DNA of 64,000 bases, from contig CAIMVG010000021.1 in NCBI GenBank assembly GCA_903844845.1, forward strand, positions 6,785-70,784, read 5' to 3'. Origin of the DNA: an uncultured Dehalococcoidia bacterium. GTDB taxonomy: Bacteria; Chloroflexota; Dehalococcoidia; Dehalococcoidales; UBA1222. Below the pieces are notes generated by a model. That model made no database searches and was not told the DNA's origin. It worked only from the letters and a program-made list of their open reading frames with translations. Below are positions 45,967 through 56,912 of the stretch, in pieces (position 1 is the first letter of the stretch; every line of letters starts with the position of its first letter). Both the position numbers and the translations under genes were made by a program.

Positions 45967-47628
45967 ATGCCAAAAGAAAAACTAAAGATCATTCCCCTGG
46001 GGGGCCTGGGGGAAATTGGGAAGAACATGATGGCCGTTGAATACGGCGAAGACATCATGGTCATCGACGCAGGGCTGATGTTCCCTGACGAAGAAATGCT
46101 GGGTATCGACCTGGTCATACCTGATATCAGCTATCTGGTGGAGCACCAAGCCAAGGTCCGGGGCATCGTGATAACCCATGCACACGAAGACCACATTGGG
46201 GCTCTGCCCTATGTGCTCCCCCAACTCAATGTCCCAATCTATTGCACAAAGCTGGCTAAGGGACTCATATCGGTGAAACTCAAAGAACGGAGAGTTCTGG
46301 CACAAACGAAAATAAATGTAATCATGCCAGGCGGGCATTTCAACCTCGGTACTCATTTCGCAGTGGAATTTTTCCCGGTGTGCCATAGCATCCCGGACGC
46401 GGTCGGGGTCATCGTCCGCACTCCCGCAGGCACAATAGTACATACAGGCGACTTTAAACTGGATTACACTCCCGTCACAGGCCCGCCCACTGATCTTTCC
46501 CGGCTGGCACAGGTTGGTTCACAGGGCGTTCTGCTTCTGATGTCTGACTCCACATATTCCGAGCTGCCCGGCTATACCCCTTCGGAAAAGGTTGTGGGCG
46601 AAGCATTGGATAATATCATCGGCAATGCAACAGGCAGGGTGCTTGTGACAACTTTTGCTTCGCTTATCTCTCGAATGCAGCAGATTATCGATGCCGCCAC
46701 TAAACACGGGCGGCGTGTGTTTGTGGTGGGACGCAGTATGACGGACAACGTGCGCATAGCGTCGGAACTCGGATATCTTAAACTCCCGGCTGGAACCATG
46801 AGCCATATCGACGAACTGGCTCGGACGCCCCGGGAAAAAGTTGTGATTCTTACAACCGGCAGCCAGGGCGAACCCACATCCGGGCTGGTGCGCATTGCGA
46901 GCCGTGCCAACCAGCATATCAGCATCATCCCCGGGGACACAGTCATCATTTCTGCGTCTCCAATCCCGGGCAACGAATCTCTGGTTAACCGCACGGTGGA
47001 CACACTTTTTAAACAAGGCGCCCAGGTGTTCTATGGCAGCCGTCACCAGGCGCACGTCCACGGCCACGCAAGCCAGGAAGAATTGAAACTTGTCATGAGC
47101 CTCACAAAACCGAAATATTTTGTCCCGGTACACGGGGAATACAGGCATCTGAGCCTGCACGCCAAACTTGCACAATCCATCGGGATCCCTTCTGACCATA
47201 TCTTTGTACTTGAAGATGGGGATGTCCTGGAACTGGATGCCGCGGGTGGCAGAACGACTACCAAAGTGAGTTCCGGAAACGTCTACGTCGATGGGCTTTC
47301 TGTCGGGGATGTGGATGGCGTCATCCTTCGAAACCGCAAGTTACTGTCACGCGATGGTATCGTCGTTGTTATCATTGCTATCAACAAGCAGACAGGAAAG
47401 CTGGTGACCCGGCCCGATATAGTTTCCCGCGGGTTCGTTGACGTTATCGAATCTAAGGATATGCTTGAAGGTGGACGCGACCTTGTCGCGGATGTGCTGA
47501 ACCACGGGAGGGCGCATACATCGGACCGCGGGTTTATCGACAATGAAGTCAAGGATGCTCTCGACAAATACTTCTACGATAAAACCAAGCGCCGCCCCAT
47601 GATTTTACCTGTACAGGTCCAGGTATAG
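45967..47628 (+). CDS. rnj: Ribonuclease J
   Basis: Metallo-beta-lactamase motif HAHEDHIGALP with beta-CASP and C-terminal domains. Typical N-terminus LKIIPLGGLGEIGKN. Confidence 0.93.
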   Translation: MPKEKLKIIPLGGLGEIGKNMMAVEYGEDIMVIDAGLMFPDEEMLGIDLVIPDISYLVEHQAKVRGIVITHAHEDHIGALPYVLPQLNVPIYCTKLAKGLISVKLKERRVLAQTKINVIMPGGHFNLGTHFAVEFFPVCHSIPDAVGVIVRTPAGTIVHTGDFKLDYTPVTGPPTDLSRLAQVGSQGVLLLMSDSTYSELPGYTPSEKVVGEALDNIIGNATGRVLVTTFASLISRMQQIIDAATKHGRRVFVVGRSMTDNVRIASELGYLKLPAGTMSHIDELARTPREKVVILTTGSQGEPTSGLVRIASRANQHISIIPGDTVIISASPIPGNESLVNRTVDTLFKQGAQVFYGSRHQAHVHGHASQEELKLVMSLTKPKYFVPVHGEYRHLSLHAKLAQSIGIPSDHIFVLEDGDVLELDAAGGRTTTKVSSGNVYVDGLSVGDVDGVILRNRKLLSRDGIVVVIIAINKQTGKLVTRPDIVSRGFVDVIESKDMLEGGRDLVADVLNHGRAHTSDRGFIDNEVKDALDKYFYDKTKRRPMILPVQVQV

Positions 47629-47636
47629 AGGTAACT

Positions 47637-49997
47637 ATGGCAAACAAACCGGCACCGAAAAAAGAGGGAAAACGGCCTTCGAAAGCTAAACCCCGTCCTG
47701 AGGCCAAAAATGCTAAAACTGTCAGGGTCAGGAAGGGCGATGGAGGACCGGGTCTTCTGCGGAGGGTTTTCGGCTCTGTCTGGACATGGCGCATCATCAT
47801 GCTGTCATTATTCGTTGCTTTGTTCACCTGGCAGTGGGACAACATCTATCATTTTATCGACAGCCTGATACGGGGGACATACGGCGCCATGGGGTGGGGT
47901 TTCATCCTGATCATCGTGGCCTTGATAGTTGCCGTCAGCGTGCTGTTTCGCGAACAACTCGCACCCTTCGCCAAACGCTGGACGTTGAACTACTGGTACC
48001 GATGGGCAGGCGCCTTAGCGCTTGTTTACGTGACATGGGGCGTTTTCGGACTTTTCGAACTCGGCGGCAGCCTTGGTAAAAGCATCGTGGGTGATGATGT
48101 TGTACTCGGAGTTTTAAAAATATTCGGATTTGCCGTGATTGCGTTTATCCTTCTCCTTCCGGCCGTCAGTTGGCGTATAGCTAAAAAAGTTACCGGGGGG
48201 CTGTTCGGATTGTTCCGCAAAGCTTCAAGTGGTTCATTGCCGGAAAAAACGGTTGTTGCCAGTCATGGTGTTGCGGCAGACCTGGTTTCGGACGCTTTCG
48301 ACGAAGAAGGATCAGCGGCTGACGTAGCTCTGAAAAAATCCAACGCACATGGGCGGAAGCTCGGATTGCCCTCTCTGGGGATTTCTTCGGCAAAAAATAC
48401 GAAACAACCTGCAAAGCAACCGGATCTTGCAGCCACGATGTCATCAGGAAGGGAGCCATCCACTCAAGTAGCGAAAGACGTTTGGCACAAATTCGGCGAG
48501 TCCTCCAAGGTGGTAGTCGTTGACGGCTGGAAATTGCCGCCGATCGATATCCTGGACAAGGCCCAGGAAGTTGAATTCAGTGAAGCCGACAACCGCCTGC
48601 GCGCCAAGGTCATCGAAGACGCTCTCGCAAGCTACGGCGTAAACGGTAAGGTGACTGAGATAAACGTAGGCCCCACCGTCACTCAGTTCGGTATCGAGCC
48701 GGGTTGGGACGTCAAGACCCGGCGTGTCCAGGTAAAAGGTAAGGACGGCGATATCACCGTTCGTGAAGAGGAAGTTTCACGTACCCGAGTCAAGGTGGAG
48801 CGCATCAAGGCACTCTCCGACAACTTGTCGCTGGCCCTCTCCGCTCCCACTATCCGTATCGAGGCCCCCGTACCAGGTAAGCCGATAGTGGGCGTCGAGG
48901 TTCCAAACAAGATATACAGTACCGTCAGCCTGCGTGGCATCATCGAAACCAGCAACTTCCAAAAGTTGCTGGGTAAAACCAAACTGGCCATGGCGCTGGG
49001 GAAGGGTGCGGGTGGCGAAGCAGTGGCCGACGACTTAGCCAAGATGCCCCACATCTTGATAGCCGGCGCGACCGGCTCGGGCAAAACGGTGTGCCTTAAC
49101 GCCATCATCTGCTGTATCCTCATGGGCAATACACCCTATGACACCAAACTTATCATGATAGATCCCAAGCGAGTGGAGTTAACGCAGTTCAATTCGCTGC
49201 CGCACCTGGCGGCTCCGGTGATTGTGGATACCGACAAGGCCCTTTCAACCATGCGCTGGCTCAACATGGAGATGGACAACCGCTACAAGAAACTGGCCGC
49301 TGTCGGGGCACGTAATATTGACGGCTACAACAAGGGCAAAACCGGAGCTGACAAGATGTACTACCTGGTGCTGGTCATCGACGAACTGGCTGATCTCATG
49401 ATGGCCGGTTTCGACGAGGTGGAGCACATACTATGTCGGCTAGCCCAGTTAGCCCGCGCCGTCGGCATCCACTTGGTGGTGGCAACCCAACGCCCCTCCG
49501 TGGATGTTATCACCGGTCTTATCAAGGCTAATTTCCCTACCCGTATCAGCTTCGCGGTAACTTCGCAGGTGGACTCTCGCACAATTCTCGATATGGTGGG
49601 CGCTGAAAAGCTGCTGGGGCGCGGCGACATGCTCTACGCCCCTACCGACGCTGCCAAACCCAAGCGGTTGCAGGGTTGCTATGTCTCCGACCCCGAGGTG
49701 GAGCGCCTTGTGTACTTCTGGAACAGCCAGAAAAAACAGGACGCGGCCCCCCTCAACGTTTCTGAAATCGATTCAGCCCCGCCTTTGATGAAGAAAGAAA
49801 GTATACCTGTAGACCCATTGATGGACACGGTGCGGCAGCTTTCAGGCGAACATGACCAGATCTCGGCATCTTTTCTACAGCGAAAACTGGGGATAGGGTA
49901 TCCGCGGGCCGCCAAGTTGTACGACAAACTTAAAGAAGAGTTGGAAACAGGGTTGGACGGAGGGGCCGAAGTTCCCAAAGACGAGCCGGAAATTTAA
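47637..49997 (+). CDS. ftsK: DNA translocase FtsK/SpoIIIE
   Basis: N-terminal TM helices, Walker A GATGSGKTV, VIDELADLMM, and a C-terminal winged-helix gamma domain (LQRKLGIGYPRAAKL). Confidence 0.93.
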   Translation: MANKPAPKKEGKRPSKAKPRPEAKNAKTVRVRKGDGGPGLLRRVFGSVWTWRIIMLSLFVALFTWQWDNIYHFIDSLIRGTYGAMGWGFILIIVALIVAVSVLFREQLAPFAKRWTLNYWYRWAGALALVYVTWGVFGLFELGGSLGKSIVGDDVVLGVLKIFGFAVIAFILLLPAVSWRIAKKVTGGLFGLFRKASSGSLPEKTVVASHGVAADLVSDAFDEEGSAADVALKKSNAHGRKLGLPSLGISSAKNTKQPAKQPDLAATMSSGREPSTQVAKDVWHKFGESSKVVVVDGWKLPPIDILDKAQEVEFSEADNRLRAKVIEDALASYGVNGKVTEINVGPTVTQFGIEPGWDVKTRRVQVKGKDGDITVREEEVSRTRVKVERIKALSDNLSLALSAPTIRIEAPVPGKPIVGVEVPNKIYSTVSLRGIIETSNFQKLLGKTKLAMALGKGAGGEAVADDLAKMPHILIAGATGSGKTVCLNAIICCILMGNTPYDTKLIMIDPKRVELTQFNSLPHLAAPVIVDTDKALSTMRWLNMEMDNRYKKLAAVGARNIDGYNKGKTGADKMYYLVLVIDELADLMMAGFDEVEHILCRLAQLARAVGIHLVVATQRPSVDVITGLIKANFPTRISFAVTSQVDSRTILDMVGAEKLLGRGDMLYAPTDAAKPKRLQGCYVSDPEVERLVYFWNSQKKQDAAPLNVSEIDSAPPLMKKESIPVDPLMDTVRQLSGEHDQISASFLQRKLGIGYPRAAKLYDKLKEELETGLDGGAEVPKDEPEI

Positions 49998-50014
49998 TAA
50001 CCAGCGATCAATAA

Positions 50015-50050
50015 AATTAGTGGGCCTTGAGAAATCAAGGCCCACTAATT
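50015..50050. terminator. Bidirectional terminator between ftsK and degV
   Basis: 16-bp perfect stem AATTAGTGGGCCTTGA / TCAAGGCCCACTAATT with a GAAA loop, followed by TTGTTT. Confidence 0.85.
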
Positions 50051-50074
50051 TTGTTTCAAGGAACGGTTGAGTTT

Positions 50075-50914
50075 TTAGTGTTTAGTCCTGATACCGATTC
50101 CCAATACTCCCGGCCCGGTATGAGTGGCCAATACGGGACCAATCTGGACGACATAGATCTTTTCACGCGGGAAATCCGCGATGTCGTCAGCCATTTTATT
50201 CGCTTCGTCTGGTGTCGTGCTGTATATGATTGCAATGTCCTCGATGTCTTTTATATCCTCGATCATGTCAAGGAGCTTCTCTTTTCCTTTGGAACGGCTG
50301 CGAACCTGACCCATCGGTAAAAGTTCGCCATCTTTAACGATTACCATCGGTTTGACGTTCAGTATCGAACCGACAAGCGATTTCACCTTGCCGATCCTTC
50401 CACCCTTGGCGAGGAATTCCAGGGTGTCGAACAGGACGAGCAGTTTGGTGTTGGGGATCATTTTCTTGACGGCGTCCGTGATTTCGTTTTCACTCTTTCC
50501 GGCTTTAGCCATTTTCGCGGCGGCGATGACGATCATCCCGAGGCCCATGGCCACCATTTTCGAGTCGATGATATGGATGGGGCAATCACTTTTAACGATT
50601 TTTTTAGCTTGCTGGGCTGAGTTGACGGTTCCGGAGAGTTTTGTAGAGAGGAGAATTGCTACAATGCCATCCGGTTTTTCTTTACATAAGCCGTTAAAAA
50701 CATCAACAAAGTCCTGCGGCGTAGGTTGGGAAGTGTGGGGATAGGTCGATTCGTGGAGCAATTTCTGGTAGAAGTCATCTATCGTGAGGTCGATGCGGTC
50801 GCGGTATGTTTTGTCGCCGAATACTATGACTTGGGGCACTACTTGAATGTCGAGTTCCTTTACCAGGGAAGAGGGGATGTCAGCGGTGCTGTCGGTTACG
50901 ATTTTGACCGTCAT
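50075..50914 (-). CDS. DegV-family fatty-acid-binding protein
   Basis: VKIVTDSTADIP, TSQPTPQDF, LSTKLSGT and GPVLATHTGPG. Confidence 0.88.
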   Translation of the reverse strand: MTVKIVTDSTADIPSSLVKELDIQVVPQVIVFGDKTYRDRIDLTIDDFYQKLLHESTYPHTSQPTPQDFVDVFNGLCKEKPDGIVAILLSTKLSGTVNSAQQAKKIVKSDCPIHIIDSKMVAMGLGMIVIAAAKMAKAGKSENEITDAVKKMIPNTKLLVLFDTLEFLAKGGRIGKVKSLVGSILNVKPMVIVKDGELLPMGQVRSRSKGKEKLLDMIEDIKDIEDIAIIYSTTPDEANKMADDIADFPREKIYVVQIGPVLATHTGPGVLGIGIRTKH

Positions 50915-51169
50915 TACTATCTCCTTTGGTATTGAGGGATCCTACCAGGCAACCACTCAGGCAGTATACAGACTGGCCCTCCGTTTTGGCAAATAGCAGA
51001 GGGGCTGGGAGAAATTGAGATTATTTGCCATGTTTTATCGAGTTGAGCCGTTTTAATACAGCATCAAGGTAAACGACTGCCACAGATTTCCCGTGTTTGG
51101 CCATCTTGGCTTCTTTGGAAATCTGCCGTTTTCCCCGACGTTGCTGTTCGGATGCGGATAATTCGTCGA

Positions 51170-51679
51170 TTATTTGGGGGCTTTCTTTGCAGTAAGGTTT
51201 TTTGCGACTTTCTTGGGTGTGCCCGACGCATGCAAGTCTTCTATCGTTAAAAGTTCGAACCCGGTTTTTTTATCATGGAGCCGTGAACCAGAAGTGCCCA
51301 CGATTTCAGAGATGACGGCTTCGCCGATTGTCCATGTTTCCACACCGGGACGCAGGCATCCAGTTTTCGCCTGACCGGAGCGACCGAGAGAGGCATGCAT
51401 ATGCAGGCTGGGCTGCCCGTTTTCATCCGGGGCTATCAACCCCACACCAACGATTTCATGTGCCCCGTCAAGTGGGACGAGCATGGGTTTTGGGGGAAAG
51501 GTATCGGAATCCCGCGGGCCCGCCACGATTTGGCCTTTGCCGATGCCGCCGATGAGGGTGACCGAAGCCATGAGAATCTTTTTGTCAGTGGCGAAGGTTT
51601 CGATGCAATCCGGGATGCGGTCACCATCTTCCAGCCTGAGGACGAATATCCTGCCGAGTTTACCTTCTGACGATTGCAT
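51170..51679 (-). CDS. PPC (DUF296) domain protein with a Lys-rich tail
   Basis: GRIFVLRLEDGDRIPDCIETF...LIGGIG...HMHASLG resembles PPC/DUF296. Confidence 0.65.
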   Translation of the reverse strand: MQSSEGKLGRIFVLRLEDGDRIPDCIETFATDKKILMASVTLIGGIGKGQIVAGPRDSDTFPPKPMLVPLDGAHEIVGVGLIAPDENGQPSLHMHASLGRSGQAKTGCLRPGVETWTIGEAVISEIVGTSGSRLHDKKTGFELLTIEDLHASGTPKKVAKNLTAKKAPK

Positions 51680-51688
51680 TTTTACTCC

Positions 51689-53686
51689 TTAAGCCGGTGG
51701 CAGGCCATCGGTTATCATCTCGCGGCGCAGTTCGATGATGCGGTCGCGCAGAAGGACAGCCCTCTCGAAGTCGAGGTTTTTAGCAGCTTTTTTCATCTGC
51801 TTTTCAAGGTCGTCCACCAGGTTGGCTTTATCCTGCTTCGAAAGGTTTGCGAGCGCATATTCGATGGGCTGCTCTGCGACCCCGGCTGCCGATTTCACAC
51901 GCTCGGTAATATCTTTGATAGCCTTCTTAATACCCTGCGGGGTGATCCCGTGTTCGCGGTTATAATCTTCCTGAATGGAGCGGCGGCGCTTGATTTCGTC
52001 CATGGCTCGCTGCATACTCCCGGTTATCACGTCGGCGTACATAATCACATGGCCGTCGATGTGGCGAGCGGCCCGGCCCATGGTTTGGATCAGGGCTTGA
52101 ACGGACCGAAGATAGCCTTCTTTGTCGGCGTCAAGGATAGCAACAAGGCTTACCTCGGGAAGGTCTAGCCCTTCACGAAGTAGGTTGATGCCGACTATAA
52201 CGTCGTAGACACCCAGCCGCAAATCGCGCAATACCTCAACCCGCTCGAAAGTGTCCATCTCAGAGTGAATATAATGTGCTTTGACCCCCATCTCGATGAG
52301 GTACTCCGACAGTTTTTCGGCAAGTTTCTTTGTGAGCGTGGTCACCAGGCAGCGCTGCCCAGCGCCAGTGCGTTTTTTGACCTCGTCAAGCAGGTCGTCT
52401 ATCTGTCCCCTGGTGGGTTTGACTTCCATTGTGGGTTCAAGTAACCCTGTCGGCCTGACCAACTGTTCTACGACCTGGCGGCTTACTTGAAGTTCGTAGT
52501 CCGCAGGGGTGGCCGAAATATAAACAATCTGGTTCATACGTGCGTTGAATTCCTCAAAATTGAGAGGGCGGTTGTCCAGTGCTGACGGCAGGCGAAATCC
52601 GAAGTCGACGAGAGTCTGTTTGCGTGCGAAGTCGCCGTGGAACATGCCTCGTATCTGGGGAAGGCTCATGTGCGACTCATCGATGATGGTGATGAAATCC
52701 TTGGGGAAATAATCGAGGAGCGTCCATGGGGCGCTTCCTGGAGCACGCCCCGCGAGATGTCTCGAGTAATTTTCCACACCCGAGCAGAACCCGGTTTCCT
52801 GAAGCATCTCAAGGTCGTAATTGGTCCGGGCTTCCAATCGCGCTGCCTCAAGCAATTTTCCCTGCTGCTTTAAGTCTGCCAATCGTTCGACCAGTTCGTC
52901 TTTGATACCCTGGATGGCCTTTTGAAGCTTGTCATGAGAGGTAACGAAATGTTTCGCCGGGAAGATATCGACGTACTCCATCTCCGAGAGTATTTCTCCT
53001 GTGAGCGGGTCAAGGCTCGAGATCCGTTCAATGGTGTCGCCGAAAAACTCGAACCTGAGGCCAAGTTCCTCGTAGGCAGGCTGTATCTCCAGAGTGTCGC
53101 CCCGCACTCGGAATTTGCCTCGGCTGAAGTCCATATCGTTGCGCTCATACTGCATGTCCACGAGCCGCTTGAGCACGTCACGCCTCAGATAGTCCTTCCC
53201 GCGTTCAAGGCTTAACACGAAGCTGCGGTATTCTTCGGGCTCGCCAAGGCCGTAGATGCATGATACGGATGCCACGATTATCACATCGCGCCTTTCGAGA
53301 AGGGCTTTGGTAGCCGCATGGCGCAGTTTATCGATTTCCTCGTTGATATCGGCGTCCTTCTCGATATACATGTCTTTTGAGGGAACGTAGGCTTCCGGTT
53401 GGTAGTAATCGTAGTAGCTCACGAAGTATTCGACGGCATTGGCGGGGAAGAATTCCTTGAATTCAGCATAAAGCTGAGCAGCCAGCGTTTTGTTGTGACT
53501 CATCACCAGCGCGGGGCGGCCGAGACGGGCTATGACGTTGGCCATGGTGAAAGTTTTGCCGCTGCCTGTGACGCCAAGCAGTGTTTGATGCGGTAAACCA
53601 TCGCACAAGCCCTCTACAAGTTTGTCCACTGCCTGCGGCTGGTCGCCAGTGAGTTCGAAATCAGACGTTATTTTAAAATCGGGCAC
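51689..53686 (-). CDS. uvrB: Excinuclease ABC subunit B
   Basis: GVTGSGKT, helicase motifs, and the C-terminal UVR domain ([11 protein letters not shown]). I prefer GTG at 53686, which gives [17 protein letters not shown]. The track start at 53881 overlaps the upstream gene. Confidence 0.95.
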   Translation of the reverse strand: MPDFKITSDFELTGDQPQAVDKLVEGLCDGLPHQTLLGVTGSGKTFTMANVIARLGRPALVMSHNKTLAAQLYAEFKEFFPANAVEYFVSYYDYYQPEAYVPSKDMYIEKDADINEEIDKLRHAATKALLERRDVIIVASVSCIYGLGEPEEYRSFVLSLERGKDYLRRDVLKRLVDMQYERNDMDFSRGKFRVRGDTLEIQPAYEELGLRFEFFGDTIERISSLDPLTGEILSEMEYVDIFPAKHFVTSHDKLQKAIQGIKDELVERLADLKQQGKLLEAARLEARTNYDLEMLQETGFCSGVENYSRHLAGRAPGSAPWTLLDYFPKDFITIIDESHMSLPQIRGMFHGDFARKQTLVDFGFRLPSALDNRPLNFEEFNARMNQIVYISATPADYELQVSRQVVEQLVRPTGLLEPTMEVKPTRGQIDDLLDEVKKRTGAGQRCLVTTLTKKLAEKLSEYLIEMGVKAHYIHSEMDTFERVEVLRDLRLGVYDVIVGINLLREGLDLPEVSLVAILDADKEGYLRSVQALIQTMGRAARHIDGHVIMYADVITGSMQRAMDEIKRRRSIQEDYNREHGITPQGIKKAIKDITERVKSAAGVAEQPIEYALANLSKQDKANLVDDLEKQMKKAAKNLDFERAVLLRDRIIELRREMITDGLPPA

Positions 53687-53724
53687 TTTGAAAGTATATG
53701 GGAAGGCACGGAAGTGGTCAATAT

Positions 53725-54294
53725 TCAGGAAGGTTCGGCGACAAGCATGTAGTGGAACGGACCGACGAGTTCGCTGGCGAACACTCTGAATCCTGCCTCT
53801 TTTAGCAACGTGGTGGCTCTCTCCTGATCGAATCGGATGGTAAAAGGAGGCCCGAAAGGCTGGTCCTGCTCCTTTCTCCAATCGAGGTCGATCAGCCTGC
53901 CTCCCGGTTTAAGTGCCAGGCGCGCATTTTTCAGGGCGGCGACAGGGTCGTTGAAATCATGCAGAACGTTCGCCATTAGTACTATGTCGGCGCAGTTGCT
54001 GCAGATGAGCGAGGTTTCAGCCTCGCCGACAATGGTTTTGATATTCTTCAGGCCTGTTGCCAAAGCAGCGGCGTTAAGGTCCGAGATCGCTTCGGGGTAA
54101 GCATCAAGGGCCAGGATAACACCGGAATCACCCACTATCTTTGCGGCAGGGATTGAGAAGTATCCGTCTCCGGCCCCGATGTCCGCAAGCGTGTCGCCGG
54201 GCTTGAGGCCTATCACGGCCAGTATTGCGGGTGCGTCCTGCCATTGGCTTCGGCCATCGTGATTGTAGTGCTTCATCGAATGGTGAGCGGTCAT
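53725..54294 (-). CDS. Class I SAM-dependent methyltransferase
   Basis: Motif [13 protein letters not shown], with post-I and motif II patterns. Confidence 0.8.
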   Translation of the reverse strand: MTAHHSMKHYNHDGRSQWQDAPAILAVIGLKPGDTLADIGAGDGYFSIPAAKIVGDSGVILALDAYPEAISDLNAAALATGLKNIKTIVGEAETSLICSNCADIVLMANVLHDFNDPVAALKNARLALKPGGRLIDLDWRKEQDQPFGPPFTIRFDQERATTLLKEAGFRVFASELVGPFHYMLVAEPS

Positions 54295-54304
54295 TCTCGT
54301 ATTC

Positions 54305-55234
54305 CTACAGAACGATAGATTCTATCTGTTTTTTAACTGCGTCGGCGGACGCGGCGAGCGCTTTGAGCTCGTCATGTGTCAGTTTAAGGTCGACGATCTC
54401 TTTAATGCCGCCCTTTCCCAGTTTAACAGGCACCCCGACCACCACATTTTTCAACCCATATTCGCCGTCGAGACAAGCGGCGCATGGCATGATCTCTTTT
54501 TTGTCCCCGATGATGGAGGCTACCATGCGGGCCACAGCTGCAGAGGGCGCATAAAAAGCGCTGGCCGTCTTCAGGAGGCCGACTATCTCCGCGCCTCCAT
54601 TTACAGCTCGCTGAACCAGGCGGTTGACGGTTTCTTCGGGCATCAAACCGGTGATGGGTTTGCCCTTGACCATGGCCAGGCGGGGGAAAACGACCATGCT
54701 CGTGCCGTGTTCGCCGAGTACATAACATGACACGTCTGTGACAGGAACGCTCATCTCTAGCGCGATGAAAGTGGCCAGGCGGGCCCCATCCAGAACGCCC
54801 GAAAGACCCAATACCCTGCTTCGCGGGAAACCGCTGGCCTTCCACGCGACCCAGGTCATGGCATCGACTGGGTTGGCTACGACGATGATGGTGCAGTCGG
54901 GAGAGTGTTTGACCACTTCTTTGACTACTCCCGAAACGATACCTGTATTTATCTTCAGCAGGTCTTCGCGCGTCATTCCGGGTTTGCGCGTCGCGCCCGA
55001 GGTGATGACCACAACATCGGAGCCGGCCGTATCAGCGTAGTCGTTGCTCCCCGTTATACGATGGGTGAAACCGACCACCGGGCTGGATTCCAGTATATCG
55101 AGCGCTTTGCCCTGCGGCAGCCCTTCGATGATGTCGAGGAGTACGATGTCTGCAAAGTCCTTCTCGACCAGCCTCTGTCCAAGGCTTGCGCCGACATTTC
55201 CTGCTCCGATGACAGTGATTTTAGCTGGTTTCAT
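54305..55234 (-). CDS. mdh: Malate dehydrogenase (LDH-like, NAD-dependent)
   Basis: KITVIGAGNVGAS, ITSGATRKPGMTREDL and LGEHG. Confidence 0.9.
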   Translation of the reverse strand: MKPAKITVIGAGNVGASLGQRLVEKDFADIVLLDIIEGLPQGKALDILESSPVVGFTHRITGSNDYADTAGSDVVVITSGATRKPGMTREDLLKINTGIVSGVVKEVVKHSPDCTIIVVANPVDAMTWVAWKASGFPRSRVLGLSGVLDGARLATFIALEMSVPVTDVSCYVLGEHGTSMVVFPRLAMVKGKPITGLMPEETVNRLVQRAVNGGAEIVGLLKTASAFYAPSAAVARMVASIIGDKKEIMPCAACLDGEYGLKNVVVGVPVKLGKGGIKEIVDLKLTHDELKALAASADAVKKQIESIVL

Positions 55235-55276
55235 TTCTTCTTGCTCCTGAAACGGGATTTGTTTTAATATTGAGCC

Positions 55277-56362
55277 TTACAAACGGTTCATTTTGTCGAT
55301 GATAGCATCGGCGACTTGAGATGTGCCAACGGCCCGGTCCTGTTGGCCTTCAGGTTTCAGATCGTAAGTGACATTCTTTCCCTCTGCGATGACGGCGGCG
55401 ACGGCATTCTCGACACTCTCTGCGGCGGCTGTTTCGCCTATCCATTTCAGCATCAGGACTCCCGAAAGCATCATGGCCATCGGGTTTGCCTTGTTCATGC
55501 CTTTGTACTTGGGGGCGCTTCCGTGCGTCGGTTCGAACAGTGCCAGCGTGTCTCCGAGGTTCGCGCCCGGGGCCACCCCCAGACCCCCCACAAGGCCGGC
55601 GCAGAGGTCGGAGATGATGTCCCCGTAAAGGTTGGGACACACAAGAACGTCGAAAAATTGTGGTTTTTTCACCAGCTGCATGGTCATGTTGTCCACAATG
55701 CGGTCTTCGAATTCAATCTCCGGATATTCGCGCGCCACGTCCCTGGCCACTGCCAGAAAAAGGCCGTCCGAGAACTTCATAATATTGGCTTTGTGGACAG
55801 CCGTCACCCGTTTGCGTTTATGATTCCGTGCGTATTCGAACGCGAAACGCACAATACGACGGCTCCCGGATTCAGAGATGGGCTTGATGCTGATGCCTGA
55901 ATCGGGCTTGATCTTAGCCCCCATCTCTCCGAGGAAAGATATCAGCCTGGCATTGTTTGGCGTGCCCTTTTCGAACTCGATGCCGGCATACAGGTCTTCC
56001 ATGTTTTCACGAACGATAACGATGTCGATGTTGTTATAGAGGGTCGGGGTTCCGACATAGCTCTTGCAAGGGCGCAGGCAGCAGTAAAGCTCCAATTCCT
56101 TGCGCAGGGCGACGTTGACGCTGCGGAAACCCGAACCGATCGGCGTGGTGATAGGGCCTTTGAGTGCGACCTTGTTCCTGCGGATCGATTCAACCACGTG
56201 GGGCGGGAGGGGGGTGCCGTATTCGGCCATTACATCGGTGCCGGCATGCACTATATCCCAGTTTAATTTGACTCCTGTGGCTTCCAGTACCCGCCTGGTG
56301 GCGGTCGTGAGCTCCGGCCCGATGCCGTCGCCGGGAATGAGAGTGATATTATAGCTTTTCAA
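55277..56362 (-). CDS. icd: Isocitrate dehydrogenase (NAD-type, beta-decarboxylating dehydrogenase family; homoisocitrate/isopropylmalate specificity not excluded)
   Basis: IPGDGIGPE, LKGPITTPIGSGFRSVNVALRKEL, VTAVHKANIMK and NLYGDIISD. Confidence 0.8.
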   Translation of the reverse strand: MKSYNITLIPGDGIGPELTTATRRVLEATGVKLNWDIVHAGTDVMAEYGTPLPPHVVESIRRNKVALKGPITTPIGSGFRSVNVALRKELELYCCLRPCKSYVGTPTLYNNIDIVIVRENMEDLYAGIEFEKGTPNNARLISFLGEMGAKIKPDSGISIKPISESGSRRIVRFAFEYARNHKRKRVTAVHKANIMKFSDGLFLAVARDVAREYPEIEFEDRIVDNMTMQLVKKPQFFDVLVCPNLYGDIISDLCAGLVGGLGVAPGANLGDTLALFEPTHGSAPKYKGMNKANPMAMMLSGVLMLKWIGETAAAESVENAVAAVIAEGKNVTYDLKPEGQQDRAVGTSQVADAIIDKMNRL

Positions 56363-56414
56363 TTCGTATTCCCTTTCCTTGCCGATTAAAAGTGACTGTT
56401 GATATGGATGAAGG

Positions 56415-56912
56415 TTATTCTATTTTGAAGTCCCCGTATTTCTGTATATAAGGTATAAGGCCGCCTTCGTCGAGTATGGCCAGCATAGCTTTCGGGATGG
56501 GTTTGAAAGTGAGGTTCACATCATTTGTGACATCATGAACTATCCCAGCTTCCATATCTACCTCAAGCTCGTCGCCTTCTTTGATCTGGTCGGTGTCGCA
56601 AATGAGGACGGGCAAACCGCGGTTGATTGCGTTCCTGAAAAAGATGCGTGCGAAACTCTTGGCCAGCACCGCGCTTACCCCAGCCATCTTGATAACGATG
56701 GGCGCGTGTTCGCGGGAAGAACCCAATCCAAAATTGTTACCTCCGACCACGAAATCTCCGGGTTTGACCCTCGCGGCGAAAGTGGGGTCTGCATCTTCGA
56801 GTACGTGTTTGGCCAGTTCGGGAAGATTGGACCGCAGGTGCACCAGGCGGCCCGGCACTATCAGGTCGGTGGATATGTCGTCGCCGAATTTAAAAGCTTT
56901 CCCCTTGAGCAT
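56415..56912 (-). CDS. leuD: 3-isopropylmalate dehydratase / (homo)aconitase small subunit
   Basis: 165 aa with GDDISTDLIVPG and GGNNFGLGSSREHA. It directly abuts the large subunit. Confidence 0.85.
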   Translation of the reverse strand: MLKGKAFKFGDDISTDLIVPGRLVHLRSNLPELAKHVLEDADPTFAARVKPGDFVVGGNNFGLGSSREHAPIVIKMAGVSAVLAKSFARIFFRNAINRGLPVLICDTDQIKEGDELEVDMEAGIVHDVTNDVNLTFKPIPKAMLAILDEGGLIPYIQKYGDFKIE

